A stretch of DNA of 64,000 nt, taken from contig JAYFOJ010000003.1 in assembly GCA_034932745.1 (NCBI GenBank), positions 80,307 through 144,306 of the forward strand, in the 5' to 3' direction. Positions 37,491 through 47,064 of the stretch are shown here, piece by piece (position 1 is the stretch's first letter; the number at the start of each line of letters is the position of its first letter). Under the pieces are notes generated by a model. It saw only the letters and a list, made by a program, of their open reading frames with translations. It ran no database searches and had not been told where the DNA came from. Both the position numbers and the translations under genes were made by a program. The stretch is from Erysipelotrichaceae bacterium. Its GTDB lineage: Bacteria > Bacillota_I > Bacilli_A > RFN20 > CAG-826.

Positions 37491-40112
37491 CTACTCTTTT
37501 AAATCGTCGAATATCGATATCTGCTCAACCGTCCCTTTTCCTTCTTCTTTTGGTTCAGCTACCGGAGCGGACTCTTCTGGTTTTACTATTTCTTTTTCTT
37601 TCAGAACAATCGGTTGTGATACGAGACTGTCGTCGACACATTCGACCTGATTCTGATACGAGAACAACCATTCAAATTGCGTTCTTGGCCCCAATTTTTC
37701 GATGTTCTTTTTTGCATATTTGTCAATCTCGGTTAAATGGAAATCTTCGATAGAGAACTCAATCGTTTTTCTTTCATTATCCAATCCGATAAAGTCCATC
37801 TTTGTTCCATCTTTAGTGATTTTTTCGGCAAATACTAGATGATGATGATCACCTTTGAAACTTCTAAAGGCCAATGATGGTTTCCCTAGGCGTGACGTGA
37901 GCGTAACTTTATTAATATCAAAGATTCTCTCGCAACCATTATCCGTTATTAGTATTATTTTGTTCTTTTCGTCTTGATCAAATGTCAGGATAGCACCGAC
38001 ATGGTCGTTATGAAGATTGTTCATCGACTTAACTCCACCCGCTTTGATGCTTAAAGGGGTTAACTCATTCTCATTAAATAGCGACGCATTGCCATTTTCA
38101 GAAAGAACCATGATGTTCTTGTTCCCGGTCGTGACACGAGCGTCGATGAGTTCGTCTCCTGCCATTAATCTCATGCATTTGATTGGTTTACTTTTTCTAG
38201 TCGTTTCGAATTCATTAAGAGATGTTCTTTTGATTTGTCCATTTCTAGTAACAAGAGCGATAAAAATATCCGCTCTAAAGTTCGATACAACAATTACTTT
38301 AACTATCTTTTCATCGCTGCCAGAAAAAGCGACGATATTATTGATGTGAACCCCTTCGTCTTTCCATTTATTTTCGGTTATCAAAAACACTGGGACATAT
38401 AGGTAGTTTCCTAAATTTGTAAAACAAATTAGGAAGTCTGTAGTAAATGCTTTACCGATTGCGGCAATAAAATCGCCGTCTTTTAATGTCGGGATGGCGT
38501 TAACGCCAGATGAGGCAAAAGATTTAAGAGATGAGCGTTTGAAATAACCATCTTTGGTTACTGAGAACATCACTTCATCCTTTGCAATTAAATCGCGCTT
38601 ATTGATTGGTTTAAAATCAACTTTTTCTTGGATGATTGTGCGGCGTGGATTTCCATATTTTGTCGCAATAGTTTTTAAGTCTTTGCAGATAACTTTATCG
38701 AGTTTTTTACGATCGGCCAATATCTCTTCTAGTTCCTTAATATCGTTTTGAAGTTGTTCCTTTTCTTGTTCGAGCGTTGCTTCATCGGTATGACTTAGCT
38801 TATATAAAGGCATCATAACGATAGCTTCGGCTTGTTCGTTCGAAAATTTAAACTCGTTCATTAAGTTGAGCTTTGAATCCGCTTTATCTTTACTCATCTT
38901 AATAATTTCGACAACACGATTTATATTTATAGATGCTTCAATTAAACCAATAACAATGTGAAGACGGTCATTAAACTTCTTCAAGTCGAATTGGCTTCTT
39001 CTTGTGATGACGTCGACCTGGTGATTGATATAGGCATCAATGAAATCAATGAGATTTAATGTCTTCGGACGGCCATCAACGATAGCCACCATATTAGCGG
39101 AATATGATGACTTCATAGAAGTCTTGGACATGAGGTAACCAAGAATCAAATCGGCACGAGCGTCTTTTTTAATATCGATAACGACTCTAATACCAGAGAA
39201 ATCAGACTCATCTCTTACTTCAAGTATTCCGTCAATTGCCTTTGAATGTCTTATTTTGTCTATTTCATAGACGATATCGATTTTGATGACTTTATATGGA
39301 ATTTCGGTAATAACGATTTGTTGGATATCTTTTTGCTGGACGATTTCGGCTTTCGCTACCACTTCAATACGACCTCTGCCAGTTGTATAAATGGACTTAA
39401 GACCATCTCCGTCGTAGATTATGCCGCCTGTAGGAAAATCTGGACCTTTAATGATCGTAAGTAGTTCATCAATTGACGCAGTTTTATGGTTAATTCGATA
39501 AATTATAGCATCGCAAACCTCGTTTAAATTATGTGGCGGAATCTCAGTTGCCATCGCTACAGCGATACCTTCAGATCCATTCACAAGTAGGTTTGGAAAG
39601 CGAGATGGCAAAACAACTGGTTCAAAATCAGAATCGTCAAATGTTAACTGCATATCGACAGTGTTTTTATCGATATCTTTGAGCATTTCATTACAAAGTT
39701 CGCTCAAGCGAGATTCGGTATAACGATATGCTGCAGGTTGATCGCCATCTATTGAGCCGTTGTTGCCCTGGAAGTCGATTAAAGGGGCACGAATTCTCCA
39801 CTCTTTGCTCATATGAGCAAGAGCTTCATATATTGATGAGTCGCCATGTGGATGGTACTTTCCCATAACTGTTCCGACTGTATGAGCACATTTTCTCGTC
39901 GGTTTATTAAAAGTATTGCCGTCCATATACATCGAAAAGAGAATTCTTCTTTGAACTGGCTTTAGCCCGTCTCTTACATCTGGAATCGCTCGATCTTGAA
40001 TGACGTACTTTGCGTACGTAGCATATCGCTCCGCCATGACGTTCTCTAATGGTTCGATTGAAATATTTTCAACAATTGGTGCATTCTCAATTACAGTCTT
40101 TTTCTTTGCCAT
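37491..40112 (-). CDS. parC: DNA topoisomerase IV subunit A
   Basis: KPVQRRIL...GKYHPHGD; no GyrA box; adjacent to plsY as in Bacillus/Staphylococcus. Confidence 0.75.
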   Translation of the reverse strand: MAKKKTVIENAPIVENISIEPLENVMAERYATYAKYVIQDRAIPDVRDGLKPVQRRILFSMYMDGNTFNKPTRKCAHTVGTVMGKYHPHGDSSIYEALAHMSKEWRIRAPLIDFQGNNGSIDGDQPAAYRYTESRLSELCNEMLKDIDKNTVDMQLTFDDSDFEPVVLPSRFPNLLVNGSEGIAVAMATEIPPHNLNEVCDAIIYRINHKTASIDELLTIIKGPDFPTGGIIYDGDGLKSIYTTGRGRIEVVAKAEIVQQKDIQQIVITEIPYKVIKIDIVYEIDKIRHSKAIDGILEVRDESDFSGIRVVIDIKKDARADLILGYLMSKTSMKSSYSANMVAIVDGRPKTLNLIDFIDAYINHQVDVITRRSQFDLKKFNDRLHIVIGLIEASININRVVEIIKMSKDKADSKLNLMNEFKFSNEQAEAIVMMPLYKLSHTDEATLEQEKEQLQNDIKELEEILADRKKLDKVICKDLKTIATKYGNPRRTIIQEKVDFKPINKRDLIAKDEVMFSVTKDGYFKRSSLKSFASSGVNAIPTLKDGDFIAAIGKAFTTDFLICFTNLGNYLYVPVFLITENKWKDEGVHINNIVAFSGSDEKIVKVIVVSNFRADIFIALVTRNGQIKRTSLNEFETTRKSKPIKCMRLMAGDELIDARVTTGNKNIMVLSENGNASLFNENELTPLSIKAGGVKSMNNLHNDHVGAILTFDQDEKNKIILITDNGCERIFDINKVTLTSRLGKPSLAFRSFKGDHHHLVFAEKITKDGTKMDFIGLDNERKTIEFSIEDFHLTEIDKYAKKNIEKLGPRTQFEWLFSYQNQVECVDDSLVSQPIVLKEKEIVKPEESAPVAEPKEEGKGTVEQISIFDDLKE

Positions 40113-40113
40113 G

Positions 40114-42051
40114 TTACTTCACCTCGTTTATGAAGGTATCAACTTCGTTGAAATCAACATTTTCTTCAACCCATTGTCTTCTTACTGAAGCATCTTTTCC
40201 CATCAAAATGCCAACTTGCTTTTCAACAAATAAAGGATCATCAATTTTTACTTGGATAAGCAATCTACTCTTTGGATCCATTGTTGTTTCTTTGAGTTGA
40301 ACTTCGTTCATTTCACCTAATCCCTTATAGCGGGAGATTTTATATCCTGCTCCAATTTTCTTTTTTGCAGCATCTAAATCTTTTTCGCTCCAAGCATACA
40401 ATTGAACCATTTGTTTTCCTGAGTCCTTGAAAACTCGATATAAAGGAGGAACGGCAACAAAAACGTGTCCAGCTGTAATTAATTGTCTCATGTAATGATA
40501 GAAAAAGGTCAGTAAGAGTGTTTGAATATGCGCTCCATCTGTATCGGCGTCGGTCATGATGATAACCTTCCCGTATTTGATATCGCTAATATCGAAACTT
40601 TGTCCAAATCCAGCTCCGATTGTGTTGATAATGGTTGCAAATTCCTCGTTTTGAAGGAGCTTATCAATTGATACAGAATCGGTATTTAAAGGTTTTCCAC
40701 GTAGTGGAAGAATTGCTTGATGTATTCTATCTCGACCTTTTCTTGCTGTTCCACCAGCGGAATCGCCCTCGACGATGAATAGTTCGTTTTTAAGATATTC
40801 CTTACTTTGGGCTGGAGTTAGTTTATCGCTTAAAATTATTTCTTGTCTGGCTTTTTTGGTGCTTCTTGCTTCATCTTTTGCTTTTCTAGCAGCAATTCTA
40901 GCGTTTTGTGAGTCAATGCACTTCTGAATAATGCGAACTGCAACTTCTTTGTTTTCGATCAAATAATATGTAAATTTATCGTAGATAAAATTAGCAACCG
41001 CAGTCGTTGCCGCTGGTGTGCCTAACTTACTTTTTGTTTGACCCTCAAATTCGAGAAGTTGCTCAGGAATCTTAAGAGAAATGATAGCGGTTAATCCCTC
41101 TCTTATGTCGTTACCGTCTAATTTTTTTCCTCTTGAGAGTTTATTTGATTCCGCGAAATCATTAACTGCTCTTGTGATACCTGCTCGGAACCCGGTTTCA
41201 TGAGTTCCACCATCTCTTGTCCTTACGTTATTAACGTAAGAATATAAAGTCTCATTGTAATCTTCTAAACAGTATTGAACTGCTATCTCGATATTTATCT
41301 CACTTTTGTCATCAACAAAATCAATAATCGGAGTAAGTGGGTTTTTATTTTGATTAACCGCCGCCATAAACTCTCTAAGACCGTTCTCGTAGAAGAATTC
41401 TTGGGAAAGGTTGGTTCTCTCATCCTTTAGGATGAAACGAACATTTTTCATTAAAAAGGCAGATTCTTGTAGATGGTTGTAAATTACGTCCCATTTAAAT
41501 TCAACAGTCGAAAAAACCTTTGCGTCAGGTTTAAATCTGACTAATGTTCCGTGTTTATTTGTGCTACCGATGTTTTCGACTGGTGCATCAATCATTCCGC
41601 CATTTTTAAAACGAATATGAGTAATCTGACCATCTCGATAAACAGTGACGTCGAGCCATTCGCTCAGTGCATTGGTAACAGAAGCACCAACACCATGTAA
41701 TCCGGCCGCGCTTTTATAAACTGAATTATTAAATTTACCACCAGCATGTAGTTCAGAGAAAACTAGCTCTAGTGCTGATTTGTTAGTTTGATGCTGAATG
41801 CCAGTAGGAATGCCTCGTCCTTCATCGAGAACACTACAAGAACCATCTTTATGGATGGTTACTGTAATCTTATCTCCGAAACCCGATAAGGCTTCGTCAA
41901 CAGCGTTGTCGACAACTTCCCAAACTAAGTGATGCAAACCAGTAGAGTTTGTTGAGCCTATATACATAGCCGGTCTTTTTCTAACGCCTTGAAGACCTTG
42001 CAAAACTTCGATGTCATCGGCGGTATATGATGTTTTAGTGATATCTGCCAT
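40114..42051 (-). CDS. parE: DNA topoisomerase IV subunit B
   Basis: GHKL ATPase; Toprim motifs; start at MADITK after a GGAGG SD. Confidence 0.75.
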   Translation of the reverse strand: MADITKTSYTADDIEVLQGLQGVRKRPAMYIGSTNSTGLHHLVWEVVDNAVDEALSGFGDKITVTIHKDGSCSVLDEGRGIPTGIQHQTNKSALELVFSELHAGGKFNNSVYKSAAGLHGVGASVTNALSEWLDVTVYRDGQITHIRFKNGGMIDAPVENIGSTNKHGTLVRFKPDAKVFSTVEFKWDVIYNHLQESAFLMKNVRFILKDERTNLSQEFFYENGLREFMAAVNQNKNPLTPIIDFVDDKSEINIEIAVQYCLEDYNETLYSYVNNVRTRDGGTHETGFRAGITRAVNDFAESNKLSRGKKLDGNDIREGLTAIISLKIPEQLLEFEGQTKSKLGTPAATTAVANFIYDKFTYYLIENKEVAVRIIQKCIDSQNARIAARKAKDEARSTKKARQEIILSDKLTPAQSKEYLKNELFIVEGDSAGGTARKGRDRIHQAILPLRGKPLNTDSVSIDKLLQNEEFATIINTIGAGFGQSFDISDIKYGKVIIMTDADTDGAHIQTLLLTFFYHYMRQLITAGHVFVAVPPLYRVFKDSGKQMVQLYAWSEKDLDAAKKKIGAGYKISRYKGLGEMNEVQLKETTMDPKSRLLIQVKIDDPLFVEKQVGILMGKDASVRRQWVEENVDFNEVDTFINEVK

Positions 42052-42150
42052 ATGGTTTCCTCCTGCTTTCATGTGCGTGGAGATGTACATTATACTTGTA
42101 AATATATATTCTTTTAGTAAAATAAAAAAGCGGAAATCGTTTGAGGTATT

Positions 42151-42888
42151 ATGGATATTATTTTATATAATATAGGTCTTGCAATTTTTTGTTTAATAAT
42201 CGGATATCTATTCGGTTCTATCCCTAGTGGTGTCATTATCGGCAAACTATTTTTTAAACAAGATCCAAGAGATTTCGGAAGCCATAACTCTGGTGGTACT
42301 AATGCATCCAGGCTATGGGGATTTAAATATGGTTTCTTAGTTTACTTGTTCGATTTTATAAAAGTCGCTATTCCTTTGTGGGCTTTATGGGCCGTCTTAA
42401 CAATTGTTCCTTTTGGAACAAGACCATTAGTCGCAAGCGCAAACGACATCTTACTTAATCAAACTTCTGACTTTATAATTCAATGGCCGGTTTACTGGTT
42501 AGTATCTTTAGGCGCAGTTATCGGACATTGTTACCCAGTTTTCGCCCAGTTCAAAGGTGGTAAGGCAGCAAGCGTAACTTTCTCTACCGCTATTTTCGGA
42601 TCTTGGTTCGTTGGTCTAGTGTCTGTTTTAGGATTCTTTACTACCCTCAAAATTAAGAAATATATCTCTTTAGCTTCCATCGTTGGTTCCATCATTGCGG
42701 CAATCGGAGCTTGGCTCACTTGCATACCTGGTTTTGGTCTAATTGCAATGTATGGAAACACCCTAGCTTCTGGTTGGGTATTTGGAGTGGTAATGACTCT
42801 ATCTTCCGCCCTCTTAATTTTCAGACATCGCACCAATATTGGACGCATTGTTAAAAAGACCGAGCGAAAGATAACTTGGATGAAATAG
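42151..42888 (+). CDS. plsY: Glycerol-3-phosphate acyltransferase PlsY
   Basis: GSHNSGGTNASRLWG; 245 aa, multi-TM. Confidence 0.85.
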   Translation: MDIILYNIGLAIFCLIIGYLFGSIPSGVIIGKLFFKQDPRDFGSHNSGGTNASRLWGFKYGFLVYLFDFIKVAIPLWALWAVLTIVPFGTRPLVASANDILLNQTSDFIIQWPVYWLVSLGAVIGHCYPVFAQFKGGKAASVTFSTAIFGSWFVGLVSVLGFFTTLKIKKYISLASIVGSIIAAIGAWLTCIPGFGLIAMYGNTLASGWVFGVVMTLSSALLIFRHRTNIGRIVKKTERKITWMK

Positions 42889-42918
42889 TTAGTAGTTAAT
42901 TAGTAGATATTTAGTATA
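42889..42918 (+). repeat. Copy C of the stop-rich element
   Basis: TTAGTAGTTAATTAGTAGATATTTAGTATA directly after the plsY stop. Confidence 0.7.
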
Positions 42919-42921
42919 AAA

Positions 42922-42960
42922 GTCTATGTGTGTAAAAGTAATCCACATAGGCTTTTTTTG
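42922..42960 (+). terminator. Terminator after plsY
   Basis: ctatgtg...cacatag followed by ttttttt. Confidence 0.75.
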
Positions 42961-43054
42961 TTTCAAAATGTAGAATATATCAGTGTTTTATGTTGACGTT
43001 TGTAACTACGTAGTTTCTCGAAACAGATTTTATCCCCTTCTACTTCCGCCGCAA

Positions 43055-43088
43055 TAAAAAACACTCTAGATTTTACTCTAAAGTGTTA
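43055..43088 (-). terminator. Terminator after yneF (minus strand)
   Basis: aacactttagag...ctagagtgtt followed by tttttt on the minus strand. Confidence 0.7.
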
Positions 43089-43097
43089 ATTATTTTG

Positions 43098-43319
43098 TTA
43101 CTTTTGTGAGTTAACATTTCGCATGATTTCGCGAATCTGTTTCTCACTAGCTGGACGGCCCATCGAAGCGAACATTGCTCTAATCATTTTCTCATTAATT
43201 GGCGGATTCTCTTTGATCTGTTTTTGGAACCACCAACGAGCGATGAAGAACCCTGCAATACCCCCGACGAGAAGTACTCCGACGAGAGAGAGAACGAAGA
43301 CCCAAATTTCAATAGTCAT
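43098..43319 (-). CDS. yneF: UPF0154 small membrane protein YneF
   Basis: 73 aa; TM helix followed by NPPINEKMIRAMF; matches B. subtilis YneF near plsY. Confidence 0.75.
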   Translation of the reverse strand: MTIEIWVFVLSLVGVLLVGGIAGFFIARWWFQKQIKENPPINEKMIRAMFASMGRPASEKQIREIMRNVNSQK

Positions 43320-43330
43320 TTTTCTTCCTC

Positions 43331-43888
43331 CTATGCTCTGCCATCGTAATCGCCAGTATCAGTACGAACGAGAACGATTTCTCCATCTTCTATAAAAAGA
43401 GGGACACGAACTTTTAATCCTGTTTCTAGGATAGCATCTTTCATTGCTTTATTAACTGTATCACCGCGAACCGCTGGTTCACATTCAACAATCTTTAGAG
43501 CAACCTTTGCTGGCATGTTAATTCCGAGAATTTCATCTTCGTAAGAAACGATTTCAACAATTTCGTCACCTTTAAGGAACTTAACTTCCCATTGAAGGCG
43601 CTCTTTTGCTATTTCGATTTGTTCGTAAGTTTCTTGGTTCATAAAGACCAATGCGTCACCACTATCGTACAAGAATTGCATCTGTTTCTTTTCAAGTCTG
43701 ATGGTTTCAATTCCATATCCGCTATTGCGAGAAATTTCTGTAACCGCACCAGTTCTAAGGTTCTTAACCTTGAGCTTAGCGACCATTTTTCTCATAGCGG
43801 TCTTGTTTAAAAGGATGTCCAAAACCTGAAAGATGTTTCCTTCTTCGATAAAGTAATTACCTGGTCTTAATTCCGTTACGTTTACCAT
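43331..43888 (-). CDS. efp: Elongation factor P
   Basis: 185 aa; three OB-like domains. Confidence 0.9.
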   Translation of the reverse strand: MVNVTELRPGNYFIEEGNIFQVLDILLNKTAMRKMVAKLKVKNLRTGAVTEISRNSGYGIETIRLEKKQMQFLYDSGDALVFMNQETYEQIEIAKERLQWEVKFLKGDEIVEIVSYEDEILGINMPAKVALKIVECEPAVRGDTVNKAMKDAILETGLKVRVPLFIEDGEIVLVRTDTGDYDGRA

Positions 43889-43964
43889 ATATTTATTATT
43901 CTCCTTTCATATTAATCGCCTAATAATTTTAAACAAAAGATTATTACATTACAATGTAAAGTGA

Positions 43965-46073
43965 TTATTCGTCGAGTGAATCGACTAACGCTTGACCGTT
44001 TGCGTCGGATGGCATTCTTAGATCTCCACGTGGAGATATTGCCACCGTTCCAACTTTCACTCCATCAGGAAGACAAGACCTTTTGAATTGATTCATAAAG
44101 AAACGTTTTAAGAATAATTTCAGCCATTTTTTAATCACTTCTTCACTATATATGTCTTTATAAGCAATTTTAGCGAGGAATAATATCTTCTTTGGTGAGA
44201 AGTTATTTCGCAAGAAATAATATATAAAGAAATCGTTGAGTTCGTATGGGCCGACAACATCTTCAGTTTTTTGTTCTATTTCTCCATCTTTTGTCGGTAG
44301 TAATTCTGGAGATATTGGAGTATCGATTATATCTAATAATGTTTGGCGCGAATTCTCATGATCTTGAGCGTATTGATTAACCAACGCTCTTACTAAAGTT
44401 TTAGGAATCGAAGCATTAACGCCGTACATCGACATATGATCACCACCATACGTAGTCCAGCCTAAACAAAGTTCGCTTAAATCTCCAGTTCCGACCATTA
44501 AGGCTCCGATTTTGTTTCCATAATCCATCAAAACTTGAGTTCTTTCGCGCGCTTGTGCGTTTTCAAAAGTCGTGCTTCGGTCACCTTCATCGAGTTCGAT
44601 GTCTTTAAAATGTTGCTTAATTGAATCTTTTATATCTATTTCTTTGAAAGAAGCGCCTAGTTCTTCTGAAAGACGTATCGAGTTATTATGAGTTCTAGCG
44701 CTCGTTCCAAAACATGGCAAATTGACCGCGACAATATCTTTGAGATCTCGATTCATAATTTTGAATGCCTCGACTGTCACCAAAAGGGCTAGAGTCGAAT
44801 CAAGACCACCGCTCAGGCCGATGATGGCTTTTTTATTGTTTGAAGCTTCTAGACGCTTTTTAAGCCCCATTGCTTGCATTTTAAGAATTAATCGATATCT
44901 TTCGGAGGCTTCTATATTGTTTGATAGAACAAATGGATTCTTTTTAATGTTAAAAGTAATCGACGGCACTTGTAGAGGCATTTCAAAATCAATAATTCTA
45001 TATTCACCACTTATAGTGGTATAAGTACTCATTCTTCTTCTTTCGTTTAAAAGTTTCTCGACATCGATTTCACTGATAATCGTTTCATTTGTAAAAATTT
45101 CCGACTCTTTTTGGATCTTTCCATTTTCAGCGATGATATTATGGCCGCCGAAAACTAAATCGGTTGTCGATTCACCGTTTCCAGAACAGGCATATAGGTA
45201 GGCACAAATTAGACGTGCAGATGTCGAGGACACTAAACTTCGGCGATAGTCTCCTTTCCCGACTAACTCATTAGATGCAGATAAATTAACGATTATTGTC
45301 GCACCATTCATTGCCGCTTTAGTTGAAGGCGTATTAGGAACCCAAAGATCTTCACATATTTCTGCACCGACAATCATTTTTTGATAAGCAGCGTTTCTAA
45401 ATAACAGTTTTGTACCAAAAGGATAATACTTTCCAGAAATTGCAATTTCACTATTCTCGCTTAAAGCGGGCTTAAACTGTCGAGCTTCGTAAAATTCGTT
45501 ATAGTTAGGAATATATGATTTAGGAATAACACCGAGTATTACCCCTTTATAAATAGCGATTGCGCAGTTAAAAATTGCGTTATCTTTTTCTAAAGGCGCA
45601 CCAATAAAAAGTAATGCATCAGTTTTCTTTGAAAACTCAACTACTAGTTCGATTCCTTTTTCGACTTGTTCTTGAATGCCATTTTGCAAGAACATGTCGC
45701 GACACGAGTAACCAGTTAAACTAAGCTCTGGGAAAACGATTAATTTGGCACCTTTATCAAATGCGTCTTGCGCGACTTTTATTATTTCTTTAGCGTTAGA
45801 TTTAACATCGCATAGAAAAACGTTAGGCGTTGCACATGCAACTTTAATGAATCCAAAACAATTCGACTGTTCGGACTCAATAAGTGAGTTTTCATATTTT
45901 CTCGTTGTTCTTTGAGCATTGTTATTAAGATACTGGGAAAAGTATTCGTCACTCATGACGACTAAATCGTTATAACCGTTTTTAGTAATGAATATTGGTT
46001 CATCAGAGGCATGAGCTTCTTCAGATAATTTGTTTGTATCGCGTAACTCTGTTATTGGTTTGATTTTTGGCAT
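43965..46073 (-). CDS. nadE: Glutamine-dependent NAD+ synthetase with an N-terminal Phd/YefM-like domain
   Basis: CN-hydrolase domain (LIVFPELSLTGY); PP-loop GLSGGLDS; first ~60 aa ITELRDTNKLSEEAHASDEPIFITKNGYNDLVVMSDEYF; SD GAGGT before the first ATG. Confidence 0.85.
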   Translation of the reverse strand: MPKIKPITELRDTNKLSEEAHASDEPIFITKNGYNDLVVMSDEYFSQYLNNNAQRTTRKYENSLIESEQSNCFGFIKVACATPNVFLCDVKSNAKEIIKVAQDAFDKGAKLIVFPELSLTGYSCRDMFLQNGIQEQVEKGIELVVEFSKKTDALLFIGAPLEKDNAIFNCAIAIYKGVILGVIPKSYIPNYNEFYEARQFKPALSENSEIAISGKYYPFGTKLLFRNAAYQKMIVGAEICEDLWVPNTPSTKAAMNGATIIVNLSASNELVGKGDYRRSLVSSTSARLICAYLYACSGNGESTTDLVFGGHNIIAENGKIQKESEIFTNETIISEIDVEKLLNERRRMSTYTTISGEYRIIDFEMPLQVPSITFNIKKNPFVLSNNIEASERYRLILKMQAMGLKKRLEASNNKKAIIGLSGGLDSTLALLVTVEAFKIMNRDLKDIVAVNLPCFGTSARTHNNSIRLSEELGASFKEIDIKDSIKQHFKDIELDEGDRSTTFENAQARERTQVLMDYGNKIGALMVGTGDLSELCLGWTTYGGDHMSMYGVNASIPKTLVRALVNQYAQDHENSRQTLLDIIDTPISPELLPTKDGEIEQKTEDVVGPYELNDFFIYYFLRNNFSPKKILFLAKIAYKDIYSEEVIKKWLKLFLKRFFMNQFKRSCLPDGVKVGTVAISPRGDLRMPSDANGQALVDSLDE

Positions 46074-46140
46074 AAATAATTACCTCGACTTAATAATAGC
46101 ATAATTATGTACATTATCAAGTCATACGGTAACTATATAA

Positions 46141-46779
46141 CTAGTTATATTTGAAGTGCTTATTATGTTGTTTTTCGAATCCGATAGTGGTTTTGTCGCC
46201 ATGTCCAGGATAAACATTAACGTCATTAGGAAGATCAGCGAGTTTTCTTAAGGATGTAAATGTTTCCTTCGGCGTGCTGGTTGGTAAATCGCTTCTTCCA
46301 ACGGTAAATCTAAACAAAGTATCACCAGAGATAAGAATCTTTGATTCTTTTATGTAATAGCAAACAGATCCATTCGTGTGGAATGGAGTGTGTATGACTT
46401 TTATATCTTCTTCTAAAAGATTAGATAATACTTCCCCGTCAGTAAGAGTAATCGGATTGAGTTTTATTTCGAAATTACAGTTCATGAATTTTGAACAATT
46501 TAAATATGATGACTCAAATTTATTTGAATCTTCGAAATGGCAATATATTGGAGCATTAAAATTTGAAATTATATTTGGAATCCCTCTAATGTGATCGTAA
46601 TGGACATGTGTCAAAAGAACACCTTTAAGATTTAAATCGTTCTTCTTAAGATAGTCGACGATTCCCAGGTACTCTTTTCCTGGATCAATTACCAAAGCAT
46701 CTTTTTTACTATCAATTAAGATATAAGTGTTGGAAGTTAAATCTTCATTGCCATAATCAAAAGTGATGATTTTTATCAT
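46141..46779 (-). CDS. MBL-fold metallo-hydrolase
   Basis: THVHYDH motif; 212 aa. Confidence 0.8.
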   Translation of the reverse strand: MIKIITFDYGNEDLTSNTYILIDSKKDALVIDPGKEYLGIVDYLKKNDLNLKGVLLTHVHYDHIRGIPNIISNFNAPIYCHFEDSNKFESSYLNCSKFMNCNFEIKLNPITLTDGEVLSNLLEEDIKVIHTPFHTNGSVCYYIKESKILISGDTLFRFTVGRSDLPTSTPKETFTSLRKLADLPNDVNVYPGHGDKTTIGFEKQHNKHFKYN

Positions 46780-46811
46780 AGATAACTATTAAAGAAAAAA
46801 TAGGATTGCTC

Positions 46812-46973
46812 CTATTTCTTTTCCTTGTGAACTGTCATTTTGTTGCAGCGAGAGCAGAATTTCTTCTTTTCGATACGATCTGGATCGTTTTTCTTGTTTA
46901 TAGAAGTAATATAGTTTTCTTCACCACACTCGGTGCATTTTAGTGTTACTGACTTACGATTTTTACTTGCCAT
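46812..46973 (-). CDS. rpmG: 50S ribosomal protein L33 (zinc-ribbon type)
   Basis: Start at MASKNRK after an AAGGAG SD; CTECG...CSRCN. Confidence 0.85.
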   Translation of the reverse strand: MASKNRKSVTLKCTECGEENYITSINKKNDPDRIEKKKFCSRCNKMTVHKEKK

Positions 46974-47064
46974 ATTGAGTCTCCTTAAAAATTGCAAATA
47001 TGATATTATCATAGATAATCTCTAATTGATAGAAAAAAAATGTTTCGATGATATAATTTAAGAC

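Noticed and set aside
37439-37753. 104-aa + strand ORF spanning the parC 3' end
   Set aside because: It overlaps the parC coding sequence and its terminator and has a low-complexity Leu-rich product.
37491-42051. Alternative call as gyrB-gyrA
   Set aside because: There is no GyrA-box (QRGGKG) in the A-subunit C-terminal domain, and the pair sits next to plsY/yneF as parE-parC does in Bacillus and Staphylococcus, not next to dnaA-dnaN-recF.
40114-42090. parE N-terminal 13-codon extension (MYISTHMKAGGNH)
   Set aside because: The GGAGG SD is positioned for the internal MADITK start, which matches the homologues' N-terminus.
46792-46818. Hairpin aataggagcaatcctatt overlapping the rpmG stop codon
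   Set aside because: It is probably just the rpmG terminator/attenuator before the MBL hydrolase gene. Nothing unusual beyond overlapping the stop.
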